A program made the translations under genes and the position numbers. A stretch of 64,000 nt of DNA from an uncultured Oscillospiraceae bacterium (GTDB lineage Bacteria > Bacillota > Clostridia > Christensenellales > Aristaeellaceae). The stretch lies in contig CAZPIC010000006.1 of NCBI GenBank assembly GCA_964586835.1, forward strand, positions 17,534 through 81,533. Reading direction: 5' to 3'. The notes below the pieces were generated by a model that searched no databases, was not told where the DNA came from, and saw nothing but the letters and a program-made list of their open reading frames with translations. Below, piece by piece: positions 8,954 to 18,722 of this stretch (its first letter is position 1; each line of letters opens with the position of its first letter).

Positions 8954-9584
8954 GATTTCCTCCTCGTTTGTGCTACATGCTGTATCTCTGGCTTAGGGGA
9001 GGCCCGACTGTAGGCATCTGGCCTCCCTCCAGTCCACGTCAGGCTGTCTGAGATCACCACGTTCTTTGAATCCGTCCAGATGTCTTCCCTCTGTCTGGTG
9101 CGCAAATGAACAGATCCCGTCCCTGCATGGCCGGCCACTGCAGGAACCCTTCGCATGGAAGGCCTGCAGGCCCCAGAAACCAAAGCCCAGGGCTTCCAGC
9201 AGAGCGTCGGTCCCGGCGGGGGCCGAGCAGTATATCTGCCTTCGCTTGTACGCTTCTGTTTCACCGTGTATACAGTGGTGTCGTCCATGCAGTCTGCCCT
9301 CTCCTCAAGCGTCAAAGCGGATGCGGGATCGCTGCAAACACCCGCTGAAAAAGCCAGACAGAGAAAGCCTGGTGGCGGTTGCCTTCAAGGGGGGCTGCCT
9401 CCTTTGCACGAGCCTTCAAACCCGTACGGCTTGTGCGACATCGCACAACAGCGAGACCCTGTACTTCTTCGCACTATGCCCTGCCACATAGCCCGGCTTC
9501 CCCGATCAACACCGTCAGCAATCCCGTGCGGCTCTTGGGCCTGCGACCAACCTGGCACATGCCCTGTACAGCCCGCTCTCCCCT

Positions 9585-11515
9585 TCAATCCGTATAAAAC
9601 CAGATTTCCCCTGCTGCATCCACCTCGAATATCGCAAAATCTGTATACGTCTCAAAGCCGAAAAGATCCCTGAGTATGAAGCTGTAGTAATAGTCCGCTG
9701 GGGCAGCTGCGCGTACTGAATCAGCAGGCCATCTGCGACCCTGTATCCCCTCCACCATGCCCAAATAGTCGCCGTTGTCCGCGTCATAGGCTTCATACAG
9801 GGGAATAATGGTGTCTTCGTCACGGATCCTGAGATTTCCTTGCCGGACGCACCATGGGCGTCGATCCCATTCCAGGCTCCGATGACACGAAAGGCTTCCT
9901 CGTTCCAGCCGTAAAGGACGCGCAGGTTGGTCTCCCGGCTGTTCAGCTGGACCGGGGAGGTGTAGAGGTTGTAGCCTTCCACCTCCTCGATCAGATACAG
10001 GCACAGGAGCTGACCATCCGGCAAGGTCAACCACTCTCCTTGGAAGCTGTCCTGGAAGAGCCCCTCCTCCACATCGAACAGGAGCTCATCATCCTCCCCC
10101 AGGCTGATCAGAACGCCGTCTCTCCCGTCCATCAACAGGGTGAACGTAGCACTCAGCAAGTACGCCATGCTGTCCGGCTTAACCTTCAGCATGTAGGCGC
10201 CTTCTTCATTCAGCCAGGCACCCAGAACTTCCAAACGACTGCCTTCGTCCGTAATAAAATCCATTCCCTGAAGCTTTTCCTCAAAGTCCGCAAGCTACGT
10301 CTCCTCTGCAGCCTGCTGTGCAGCATGGCCGGAAGCATCCCCTGTCTCCGATCCGTAAAGCATACTACCACGAAACGTCAATAGCCCTCGCTGAATAAGG
10401 CATCCCTGAACACCTCGTATTCCCGGGATCCCTGCAGCTTCAGCAGATGATACACAGATAACCCGCTTGATCCCCGCCTTCCGGAGCCCGATACCCTGTA
10501 CACCACTGCCTCTTCCAGCGCCTTAAGCACCTTCGCAGCGCTCGGTAATGCGCTGCCCGCTTCCCGCATCATAGAGCCCAGATCCACCATGTTGGTATAG
10601 CCCTCCTCCGGGGAGTTACCGCCGAAGTTTTCAGCCCGGTGGATACCCTTTACGATGGTGCCAAGGGGTGCACGGGTCCGACACCGCCTCCAGCATCTCC
10701 CATCCAACCTCATCCAGGGCCTCCGTCAGGGCAGGTAGTCTGTGAAGTGCCGTTACGGACAGCATGGCGAGGGCCTCTTCCTCGCTCAACGCGTTAGCAG
10801 TCAGGAATCGGTCAGCAATCACACGCCCAATCTCTTCTCCGTCCGCCTGAGGGTGGGCCTTCAGGTATACACCCAGTGCCTTGTAATCCCATCCGGACCC
10901 TGGTTCCAGCTCCTCTGAGGCAATCATGTAGCGGGAAAAAGGCGCAACCATCTGCGCTGCTTCCACGCTGGCCATCAGGCAGGCATCAACACTGATAAAC
11001 TCAAAGGTGTCTTCGAAGCCCTGCAGCGCCTCGCCAATCTCCTTCAGCGTCAGACTGTCCATATCGAAAAGCTCGTCAAAGCACACCCCATTGATGCTGC
11101 CGCTGCCATGGTTCCATAAGATCAGACCGAAGTGCTCCGCTCGGTAGCGGTCCAGGCCCCCAGATAGGAAAAGGCACAGCGTGGCAGCCTCTCCCATGTT
11201 TTCAAGCTCTCCTTCATACAAGGGAAACAGATCCCCGCTGTGGATCTCAAAACGGCCGGTTCTGTCGGCTGGAATAGCCTCCTGCGCCATCCAAGCTTTC
11301 GCGCCGCCTGTTTGCACCACAAAGCGCACGTTATTGTCCGTCCCTGCATCGATCATTTCGAGCAGGTCATCCGTTGCCACACCCTCTTCGGTTTCAAGGT
11401 CGCTTCCGCACAGGTAGACAAAGACGATAGAATCCGCTTCCTCCTGTTCCGCAACACAAAAAACTGCGCCTGCCAGCAGGCACAGCACCCTCAGGAAGCT
11501 CAGCAGGTTTTTCAT
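9585..11515 (-). pseudogene. clostripain-like cysteine peptidase (family C11), multiply disrupted
   Basis: The N-terminal ORF has a signal peptide (MKNLLSFLRVLCLLAGAVFCVA) and the C11 catalytic dyad contexts LILWNHGSGS and FISVDACLMAS. The reading frame then breaks near 10690 (frameshift), near 10380 (frameshift), at 10295-10297 (in-frame TAG) and near 9840 (frameshift). The pieces 10631..11536, 10378..10713, 9515..10264 and 9585..10034 are colinear. Confidence 0.75.
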
Positions 11516-11692
11516 GCGCCCTCTCCAACACCCCATTCTTGATTGTCCCTCTGAGGCCCCTGGGAAACCCGAAAGGCAGTCCGCTGTTCACAAGCTCTTC
11601 TCTAGCGCCGCGTGGAACCTCTGTGCGCAAGGAAGTCCCCTTCCCCTCGGGGCGCCTCCTTGCAGGCGCCCGGCTCCCCCGCTTTGTCGCGC

Positions 11693-12745
11693 TCAGCCCC
11701 CGCGCTCAGGATACTCGTCTTCGAAAGCCTGCCAAGGGATTTCCACCCGCGCGCCGCGGCTGATGATATCGTCGCAGTGCAAAAGCAGCGGAAAGTCCTT
11801 CTCCTCCAGCTCGCCCCCGGCGATCCTCCTGCGGATGGCCGAAGCGGCGCGCCGGGCAATGACGACAGACTCCAGCGTCACCCCCTCAAGCTGCGCCATG
11901 GCCTCCGCAAAACTGAGCCCTCTCCCCAGCAGGGTTCCTATCAGCCTTGTGCGGCCGCCAAAAACGGTGACGTATAAATCCCCTGTGCCAAATATGATGT
12001 TTTCATCTCCCGCGCCCAGGGTACGAAGGATTTTTCGCATCTCCTTGACGCTCTGGCCAAAAAGGGCGGCCTGGGAGTTATAGTGCAGCCTTCCGCCTTC
12101 ACCCTCCCTCCTCTGTGACAGTCCAACAGCCAGCGAGACGCCCAGGGCATACACATTCTTGAGTGCGACGGCACTTTCAAGCCCCAGCACGTCCGTCGTC
12201 AGGCTGATATGGTAGTACGCCGTCCGCAGCATCCCACGCAGCTTCCGCAGCATCACCCTGTCCTCTCCACAGAAGCAGACGGTCGTGGGGTCCAGGTCTG
12301 CCAGCTCGTAGCTGGTGCAGGGGCCTCCGATCGCATTCAGGGAGAGCTTTCTTGCCCCGAGCCACCTGGCGTAAAGCTCGGGATAGGAAAGGAGCCTGCC
12401 ATCCGGCAGGTCCACCAAGCCCTTGGTTACGGAGAGGACGGGCAACGCGTCTGGGATGCGCTGCAGTACCTCCTCATAAAACCAGTCCACGCCAAAGCTG
12501 CTCACGCCACAGATCAGAAGTTCCGCGCCCCTCAGCGCTTCGGAGAGTTCCTCCGTCTGATAATACTCAAGGCCCTCCGGCAGCGTTCGCTTCAGCGTGG
12601 GATGGTATCTGTCCTCCCGCGCCCGCGTGATGATCTCCCGGTCCAGCGGCGTTCCCACAAGCCGTACGGTGTGTCCGTTGTCCGTCGCAGGAAAACTCAT
12701 CGCGGAGCCCATCTGCCCTGCGCCGACGATCGTGATGACGCTCAC
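11693..12745 (-). CDS. NAD(P)H-dependent glycerol-3-phosphate dehydrogenase family protein (divergent GpsA-like)
   Basis: GTG start 5 nt after GGGAGG. Rossmann motif ITIVGAGQMGSAM. GpsA-like blocks are present but altered: GGPCTSYELA, KNVYALGVSLAVG, GTGDLYVTVFGGRTR. Confidence 0.7.
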   Translation of the reverse strand: MSVITIVGAGQMGSAMSFPATDNGHTVRLVGTPLDREIITRAREDRYHPTLKRTLPEGLEYYQTEELSEALRGAELLICGVSSFGVDWFYEEVLQRIPDALPVLSVTKGLVDLPDGRLLSYPELYARWLGARKLSLNAIGGPCTSYELADLDPTTVCFCGEDRVMLRKLRGMLRTAYYHISLTTDVLGLESAVALKNVYALGVSLAVGLSQRREGEGGRLHYNSQAALFGQSVKEMRKILRTLGAGDENIIFGTGDLYVTVFGGRTRLIGTLLGRGLSFAEAMAQLEGVTLESVVIARRAASAIRRRIAGGELEEKDFPLLLHCDDIISRGARVEIPWQAFEDEYPERGG

Positions 12746-12908
12746 TTCCGCCTCCCTTACGATACCTGCCCGGCTGGAATAGCCCTTTCCACCGTCTCAC
12801 ACGGCCTTTCCCCCTCGTCAGGTCTCTGTCCATCCGCTGCTTGGCCTGTTTGCAGCACCACAGCTCCCCTGCAGGTTCAGCCTCCTCAGGGGGAGGGGGT
12901 GCGCTCCC

Positions 12909-14099
12909 CTACATCAAATCCAACGCCTGTGACAGGTCTTCCAGCAGGCTGTCCACACCCTCCAGGCCACAGTGCAGACGGATCAAGCCTCGGTTCGAGA
13001 CCCCCGCTAAGGCCAGATCCTCGTCGCTTGACAAGTAGAGTGGACAGAGAGCCAGGCTTTCGTAGCCTCCCCAGGAGCAGCCCTTCCCAAAGAGGCGCAG
13101 GCTATTGATCAGGCGGACCGCATCCTCAGGCTTTCGGTCTGTCTCAAAGCTCAGCAGCCCAGTGTAGCCGCGCATCTGGCGCCGGACAAGCTCTGCCTGC
13201 GGGTGAGAGGGCAGGCCAGGATAGTTGACCTTTGATACTTTTGGATGCGCCTCAAGGAAGGCTGCGATCTGCATGGCTGTCCGCTGATGGACCTGAAGCC
13301 GCGCATCCAGGCTACGCAGCCCACGCAGCACCAGCCAGCCCTCCATGGGCCCCATGGAAGCGCCCAGCCATTCGCGCATGCAGTCCCGCACGGTGCACAT
13401 CAGGGTATCGCTGTTCATCATCAGCGCGCCCCCGATGACGTCGCTGTGTCCGCCCAGGTACTTGGACAGGGAGTGCATGACGATATCGATCCCAAAGCGC
13501 AGGGGGTTCTGGAAGAGCGGGGTGCTGTAGCTGTTGTCGATATAGGACAACACACCGTGCCTGCGACAAACTGCAGCGATCGCCTCCAGATCCACCACGG
13601 AGAATACAAACGTCGCAGGGCTCTCCAGGATCAGAAGTTTTGTGTTGGGGCGGATGGCGTTTTCTATTTCGTCAAGATCATGCCCGGAGACCATGTCAAA
13701 GTCTATGTTCAGGCGAGGTCTGGCAACCGCCGTAAAAAACTGTTTCACCGGGCCATAGATGCTGCGCATCAAAAGCGCATGGTCCCCGGCGCCACACGTA
13801 GCCAGGATGGCCGAAGACACCGCCGCCATGCCGGAGGCGAACACCGCTGCATGCGAAGCACCCTCCAGTGCAGCCAGCTTTTTTTCAAGCAGGCGCGTGG
13901 TGGGGTTGGACATGCGACCGTAGAAAAAATCGTCTTCCGTACCGCGGGCTGCTTTCAGGTACTCCTCAAAGCTGGGATATACATGCAGGGAGTTGAGATA
14001 GACCGGGGGTGAAACCGCGCCATAATGGCGCCCATGATCCTCAAACTGGTGTGTCAGGGCAAAGAGCTGATCATCGTAGAACAAGGGTTTTTCCTCCAT
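12909..14099 (-). CDS. Cys/Met-metabolism PLP-dependent enzyme (cystathionine beta/gamma-lyase or synthase family)
   Basis: Start MEEKPLFYDD at 14099; the upstream part of the 492-aa ORF is non-protein-like. Family motifs YGRMSNPT, ESPATF, and SLSKYLGGHSDVIGG carrying the PLP lysine. Confidence 0.85.
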   Translation of the reverse strand: MEEKPLFYDDQLFALTHQFEDHGRHYGAVSPPVYLNSLHVYPSFEEYLKAARGTEDDFFYGRMSNPTTRLLEKKLAALEGASHAAVFASGMAAVSSAILATCGAGDHALLMRSIYGPVKQFFTAVARPRLNIDFDMVSGHDLDEIENAIRPNTKLLILESPATFVFSVVDLEAIAAVCRRHGVLSYIDNSYSTPLFQNPLRFGIDIVMHSLSKYLGGHSDVIGGALMMNSDTLMCTVRDCMREWLGASMGPMEGWLVLRGLRSLDARLQVHQRTAMQIAAFLEAHPKVSKVNYPGLPSHPQAELVRRQMRGYTGLLSFETDRKPEDAVRLINSLRLFGKGCSWGGYESLALCPLYLSSDEDLALAGVSNRGLIRLHCGLEGVDSLLEDLSQALDLM

Positions 14100-14124
14100 A
14101 TTCCAGTGCTGCCAACTCCTGCGC

Positions 14125-15162
14125 TCAACAGATGCCCTGATCCTCCACAGCCACAGGCATGCGGGATTTCGCCGACTCCATGATAGCCAGAACAACCAGG
14201 CTGACCCGGGCCGCGTCCTCCAACGATACGGGAAAGTCCTCCCCGGAAAGCAGGCAGTCAATAAAAGCCCGGATACTTTCAAAGGCAAAGCCCTTGGGCG
14301 CACCGAAGATATGGTTTTGCACCAGGATGTCCGGGACTGTGACCCTCTCATCCGTGTACTGCTGGATGAGGTTGTGGTTGGAAGCATCGATGGCGATTAA
14401 GCCTTCGGTTCCCAGCAGGCTGCACTTGATGTCGTTGAGGCAGGGGTTTGCGTTAGGGGTGATCCATCCGTTTTCCATCTGCGCCACACAGCCGTTCTCA
14501 AACTCCAACGTGCTCAGATAGCTGTCGACGGTGTCTACGCCCAGGCCCTTGAGCACGCCTTCACGCGCCACGCTGTACACACGCGTAACCCGGCTGTCTA
14601 AAAGCCAGCTCAGGGTGTCCACGGAGTGGCTGCCAAGGAACCAGAGGATGGAAGATTCTGCCGCCCAGGGCAGCATGTCCGTTGCCACCCACTTTACATC
14701 GTTCAGGCGGAAATAGGCGGAGACCATCTCCCCCAGCTCCCCGCGGTCGATCGCAAGCTTTGCTGCGTTGAAGGGCGGACTCCAGCGGTTGTGCAGGTCC
14801 ACCATGGCTCGGACCCCGTTCTCTCGCACCGCCTCAAGAATAGCCTTTACATCCTCTGCTGTCGTCGCCAGAGGCTTCTCGATCAGAACATGCTTCTTGT
14901 GCCTCGCAGCGCAGATGGCGGGCTCCGCATGGGCAAAATCGGGCGTCACGATCGCCACCGCGTCGCAGTCGACGGAGTTTAACATGGTGTCCATCTCTCC
15001 GAATACGTCGCGGATGCCAAGGCGCTTAGCGCTCTCGTGCGCCTTGGCAAGGTTCAGATCGCACAGGGCTACCACCTCGCAAAACGGGTGTGCCTGATAA
15101 ATCCTCGCGTGATTCTCGCCCCAGATACCGGCGCCGACGATGGCCATCTTGATCTTCTTCAT
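14125..15162 (-). CDS. Gfo/Idh/MocA family oxidoreductase
   Basis: Start MKKIKMAIVGAGIWGENHA at 15162. Rossmann GxGxxG and the EKP motif (VLIEKPLATT). 346 aa. Confidence 0.85.
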   Translation of the reverse strand: MKKIKMAIVGAGIWGENHARIYQAHPFCEVVALCDLNLAKAHESAKRLGIRDVFGEMDTMLNSVDCDAVAIVTPDFAHAEPAICAARHKKHVLIEKPLATTAEDVKAILEAVRENGVRAMVDLHNRWSPPFNAAKLAIDRGELGEMVSAYFRLNDVKWVATDMLPWAAESSILWFLGSHSVDTLSWLLDSRVTRVYSVAREGVLKGLGVDTVDSYLSTLEFENGCVAQMENGWITPNANPCLNDIKCSLLGTEGLIAIDASNHNLIQQYTDERVTVPDILVQNHIFGAPKGFAFESIRAFIDCLLSGEDFPVSLEDAARVSLVVLAIMESAKSRMPVAVEDQGIC

Positions 15163-15185
15163 GGTTTCATCCTCCCTAACGATGA

Positions 15186-16010
15186 TTAACCCTTGACTGA
15201 ACCCAGGGTCAGGCCACGGATCATGTGCTTTTGTACGCTGATGGCAAACACCAGCACGGGAATGACCGCCAGCGTTCCGGTTGCAGCCATCTCGCCCCAT
15301 TTGACACCCGAAACGGACAGATAGGTCATGACAGAGGTAGGCACGGTCTTCGCACGGATGGTGGTCAGGAAGTTGGCGAACACAAACTCATTCCATGCGT
15401 TGATGGCACAAAAAATCGCGGTGGCAACCATTCCCGGCAGGATGAGAGGAAGAACCACTCGCCGCAGCGCCTGTACCCGGGTGCAGCCATCCACGTATGC
15501 TGCTTCCTCCAGCTCTACAGGCAGATCCTCAATGAAGCCCCGCATCATCCAGATGGTGAAGGGGATGTTAAAGGAGGTGTAGCAGATGATGAGCAGCAGG
15601 TGCGTATCCAGCACCCGAAACAGCGCCGCCAGCATGAAGTAGGGGATGATGACCGCCATGGCCGGTAGAAAGCGCTGGCTGAGCACCCAGAACGCCCGGC
15701 TTTCGCGCTGAGGCCAGCGATAGCGCGCAAACCCGTAGGCAGCCAGCGTCCCCAGCACAAGGGATATCAGCGTGGAGACCAATGCTATGAGGGCGCTGTT
15801 GGCGAAAAGTGTCAGGATGCCCTCGCGCATGATGGTCTCATAGTTGATGGTGGTCAGGCTTGTAAAGACCTTTCCCGGATCGAAGACATCCGCTTTGCTC
15901 CGAAAGCTGACCGAGATCATCCACAGAAAGGGAAGCAGCATGAACGCACACACCAGCAAGCAGGCCAGCGTGTACAGAAGGCTTCCCGCCAAGCTCCTTT
16001 TCTTCCTCAT
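15186..16010 (-). CDS. carbohydrate ABC transporter permease (MalG/UgpE-like)
   Basis: 274 aa, multi-pass membrane protein with an EAA-type loop (LEEAAYVDGCTRVQALRRVVLP). 4-nt overlap with the upstream permease gene. Confidence 0.9.
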   Translation of the reverse strand: MRKKRSLAGSLLYTLACLLVCAFMLLPFLWMISVSFRSKADVFDPGKVFTSLTTINYETIMREGILTLFANSALIALVSTLISLVLGTLAAYGFARYRWPQRESRAFWVLSQRFLPAMAVIIPYFMLAALFRVLDTHLLLIICYTSFNIPFTIWMMRGFIEDLPVELEEAAYVDGCTRVQALRRVVLPLILPGMVATAIFCAINAWNEFVFANFLTTIRAKTVPTSVMTYLSVSGVKWGEMAATGTLAVIPVLVFAISVQKHMIRGLTLGSVKG

Positions 16011-16918
16011 GGCGCAGCCTCCCTGCGCTGAAAACGGATCAGGAGGTTGCTAACCACGGACACCACGATCAGGAGCACCATGGCCACTGCCGCGCCTCTT
16101 CCGATCAGGCCGTTTTGGGCATTGACCATACGGTACACATGCAGGCTTAGAAACTCGGTTGCATTACCTGGCCCGCCCTGGGTGAGAACGAAGGCTGTGT
16201 CAAATAGCTTCAGGGAATCCACAGCCCGCATCAGCAAGGCGAGCAGGGTCAGGGATCGCATCATGGGCAGAGTGATATAGAAAAAGCTCCGTACCTTGCC
16301 AGCCCCATCAATCATGGCCGATTCGTAGGGTTCTTCCGGCATGGAACGAAGCCCCGCATAGAGGATCAGCGTCACAAAGGGCGTAAACTGCCAGATGTCC
16401 ACCAACAGGATGGACCAGAACGCCATCCCGGAGGATAGCCAGGCCACCTTGACACCGAAAAGCGCCTGAAGAAGGTAGTTGATCAGGCCATACTCTGCAT
16501 TGAGCATCAGCTTCCACATCTGGCCCGCAATGGTAGGCGTGATCGCCAGGGGAACGATCAGGGTGCCCACCACCAGAGGCTTTAACCTGAACTCCCTGTC
16601 GTTGAGCAAAAGGGCAATTGCAAAGCCCAGCACCATCTCCACGGCGGTCGCCAGCGCCATGAAACCCAGACTGATGTAAATCGCATGCCAGAAGTCCCTG
16701 TCACGGCCGGAGAACAGGCGCAGGTAGTTGTCAAACGCAACGAACTTCGCCCTGCTTACATCCCACCCCAGCTGATAGTTCGTGAAGCTCACTACAACCA
16801 GGAAGATGGTGGGTACGATGGACAACAGGATCAGAGCGGACATCGCGGGGGCAATATACTTGATGTGCGGTCTGTCTCTAAAAAAGCCGCACACGGCCTG
16901 CCTACCGGCCTTTCGCAT
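16007..16918 (-). CDS. carbohydrate ABC transporter permease (MalF/UgpA-like)
   Basis: 303 aa with an EAA-type loop (YESAMIDGAGKVRSFFYITLP). RBS GAAAGGAG lies 7 nt before the ATG. Confidence 0.9.
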   Translation of the reverse strand: MRKAGRQAVCGFFRDRPHIKYIAPAMSALILLSIVPTIFLVVVSFTNYQLGWDVSRAKFVAFDNYLRLFSGRDRDFWHAIYISLGFMALATAVEMVLGFAIALLLNDREFRLKPLVVGTLIVPLAITPTIAGQMWKLMLNAEYGLINYLLQALFGVKVAWLSSGMAFWSILLVDIWQFTPFVTLILYAGLRSMPEEPYESAMIDGAGKVRSFFYITLPMMRSLTLLALLMRAVDSLKLFDTAFVLTQGGPGNATEFLSLHVYRMVNAQNGLIGRGAAVAMVLLIVVSVVSNLLIRFQRREAAP

Positions 16919-16996
16919 GCGGGAGCTCCTTTCCCCACAGGAAAGGGAAGAGAGAAATCCATGGAAGACCCCTCTCCTCCCTTTGTTTCATCAGGT

Positions 16997-18322
16997 TCAG
17001 TGAATCAGGTCTTCAATGTCACGCTGCATGTCTTCACAGGCCACCTGCACCTCGATGTCGCCAGCCAGGGCTGCGCTGCCATAGGCGCCGGCGATCTCCA
17101 GGATCTGGTTGATCTGGTCATGCTGCGGTATCCAGCTCAAGCCTTTTTGTACCAGGCCGTCCGCGCTGTCCAGGGCGATCTTCTGAGCAGGATAGGAGGG
17201 GTTGGCTGCTGCCAGCTCCTCGTTTTGAAACACAGACGCCCGGGTACCGACCCCACCAGCCAGCACGTAATCAACGCTCTTTTCCCTGCTGGCCATGAAG
17301 GTGATAAAAGCCCACGCGGCTTGCTGATTCTTAGAGGAGGCGGGGATTGCCAGGTTCCACCCTGCCAGGGCTGCCCCATCGCCAGCCGGACCGGTGGGAG
17401 TGGGCACAAAGGCAACCCTGTCCGACACGGTCGAGGTGGCGGGGTTGGTAATCTGGTTTGCGAGGGCTGTCGCATCCAGCCACATGGCTGTGCTTCCAGA
17501 AATAAAGGCACCCAATGCTTCTTCGTGCGTGTAGGTGCCCACGTCGGGCGGAGCGCAGCTAAGCAGGTCCACATAAAACTGAAGGGAGGCGATGGTCTCG
17601 GGGGTTGTGCAGGTCACCTCCACCTGGTCGGCGCTGATGGTTGCCTGGTCAAGGAATCCGGCACCAAAGTTATACATCAGGCTCATCCAGCCGGAAGCGA
17701 AATGGATGCCGCGCTGCGCGCGCATCGCCACGCCATAGAGGTTCTCCTCCTTGCCGTTGAAAAACTGTGCCAGCTCCAGGTACTCCTCCATGGTCTTAGG
17801 CGGTTCCTTGCCGTATTTTTCAAACAAGTCCGTCCGATAGGCGATAAACCGCGTTTCTCCGGCTGTGGGGATGCCATAGTTTATCCCGTTGGCGCCTGAG
17901 ATCCCATTGCGGTAGGCGGCCATAATGTCCTCATAGTCAAACCAGTCCGGCGTCAGTTCAGGATCCTCCACAAAATCCTTCACCGGCAACAGGACGTTCT
18001 TGGATGCGTACTCACTCATCCAGAAGGCATCCGTCATGAAGACGTCATAGGCGCCCGCTCCCTGGAAGTCCAGCAATTGCTTGCTTTTTAAGTTGGTTTC
18101 TTCCACAACGTCCCAGACAACTTTGATGCCGGTGAGCGCTGTAAATTCATCGTTCATCGTTTTGAATGCCTCTGTGGAAGGATGAGAGGCCATCGCGACT
18201 GTGATGGTCGTGCCGTCGTATTCTTCCTTCAGGGCTGCGCCCCATGCCTCCATATTCGCCAAAGCGCCAGTCATCAGGGCACACAGAAACAGGGAAAGGA
18301 TGATCGTTGCCGTTCTTTTCAT
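16997..18322 (-). CDS. ABC transporter substrate-binding protein (family 1, CUT1 sugar type)
   Basis: 441 aa, signal peptide MKRTATIILSLFLCALMTGALA, first gene of the transporter cluster, RBS AAAGGAGG. Confidence 0.85.
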   Translation of the reverse strand: MKRTATIILSLFLCALMTGALANMEAWGAALKEEYDGTTITVAMASHPSTEAFKTMNDEFTALTGIKVVWDVVEETNLKSKQLLDFQGAGAYDVFMTDAFWMSEYASKNVLLPVKDFVEDPELTPDWFDYEDIMAAYRNGISGANGINYGIPTAGETRFIAYRTDLFEKYGKEPPKTMEEYLELAQFFNGKEENLYGVAMRAQRGIHFASGWMSLMYNFGAGFLDQATISADQVEVTCTTPETIASLQFYVDLLSCAPPDVGTYTHEEALGAFISGSTAMWLDATALANQITNPATSTVSDRVAFVPTPTGPAGDGAALAGWNLAIPASSKNQQAAWAFITFMASREKSVDYVLAGGVGTRASVFQNEELAAANPSYPAQKIALDSADGLVQKGLSWIPQHDQINQILEIAGAYGSAALAGDIEVQVACEDMQRDIEDLIH

Positions 18323-18355
18323 CTTGGGCCTCCTTTATTGGATTGTCTGCCTTCT

Positions 18356-18383
18356 ATTATAGGATTTGTGAATCTGTTGTCAA
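18356..18383 (-). promoter_or_regulatory. near-consensus sigma-A promoter for the ABC transporter cluster
   Basis: Minus-strand TTGACA (18383-18378), 16-nt spacer, TATAAT (18361-18356), about 35 nt upstream of the SBP start. Confidence 0.6.
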
Positions 18384-18722
18384 TAGCCCGGGTGCCTTGA
18401 GCAGGGCTTACGCATGAACGGTCAGGGTCCATCATCGCGATGAGCAGCTTAAAAACCATCACATCCCCCACATCATGCTTTCCAGGCATTGAAGGCCCAT
18501 CCGGCTCTGAACCGCTTCCCCGTTGCAGGGTAGCGGCTTGACATCAGCGATGCAGCTGAGTGTATGATGCATAAAATACTTCTCCAGGCATCCTGTGTAC
18601 GGACCTGGATGGAGGGGATGGTCTTCTTGTTTTATTCTCTGGGAAGAGCCCTGCGGAAAACCTTTGTCATCCTTCAAGTGAAAAGGATGCGCTTTTCGAA
18701 CACGAACCGGAAGGAGATGGGA

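Noticed and set aside
16685-17899. 404-aa plus-strand ORF
   Set aside because: It is antisense to the ABC substrate-binding protein gene. It is low-complexity and Gly/Arg/His-rich, whereas the minus-strand gene has a clear signal peptide, RBS and family features.
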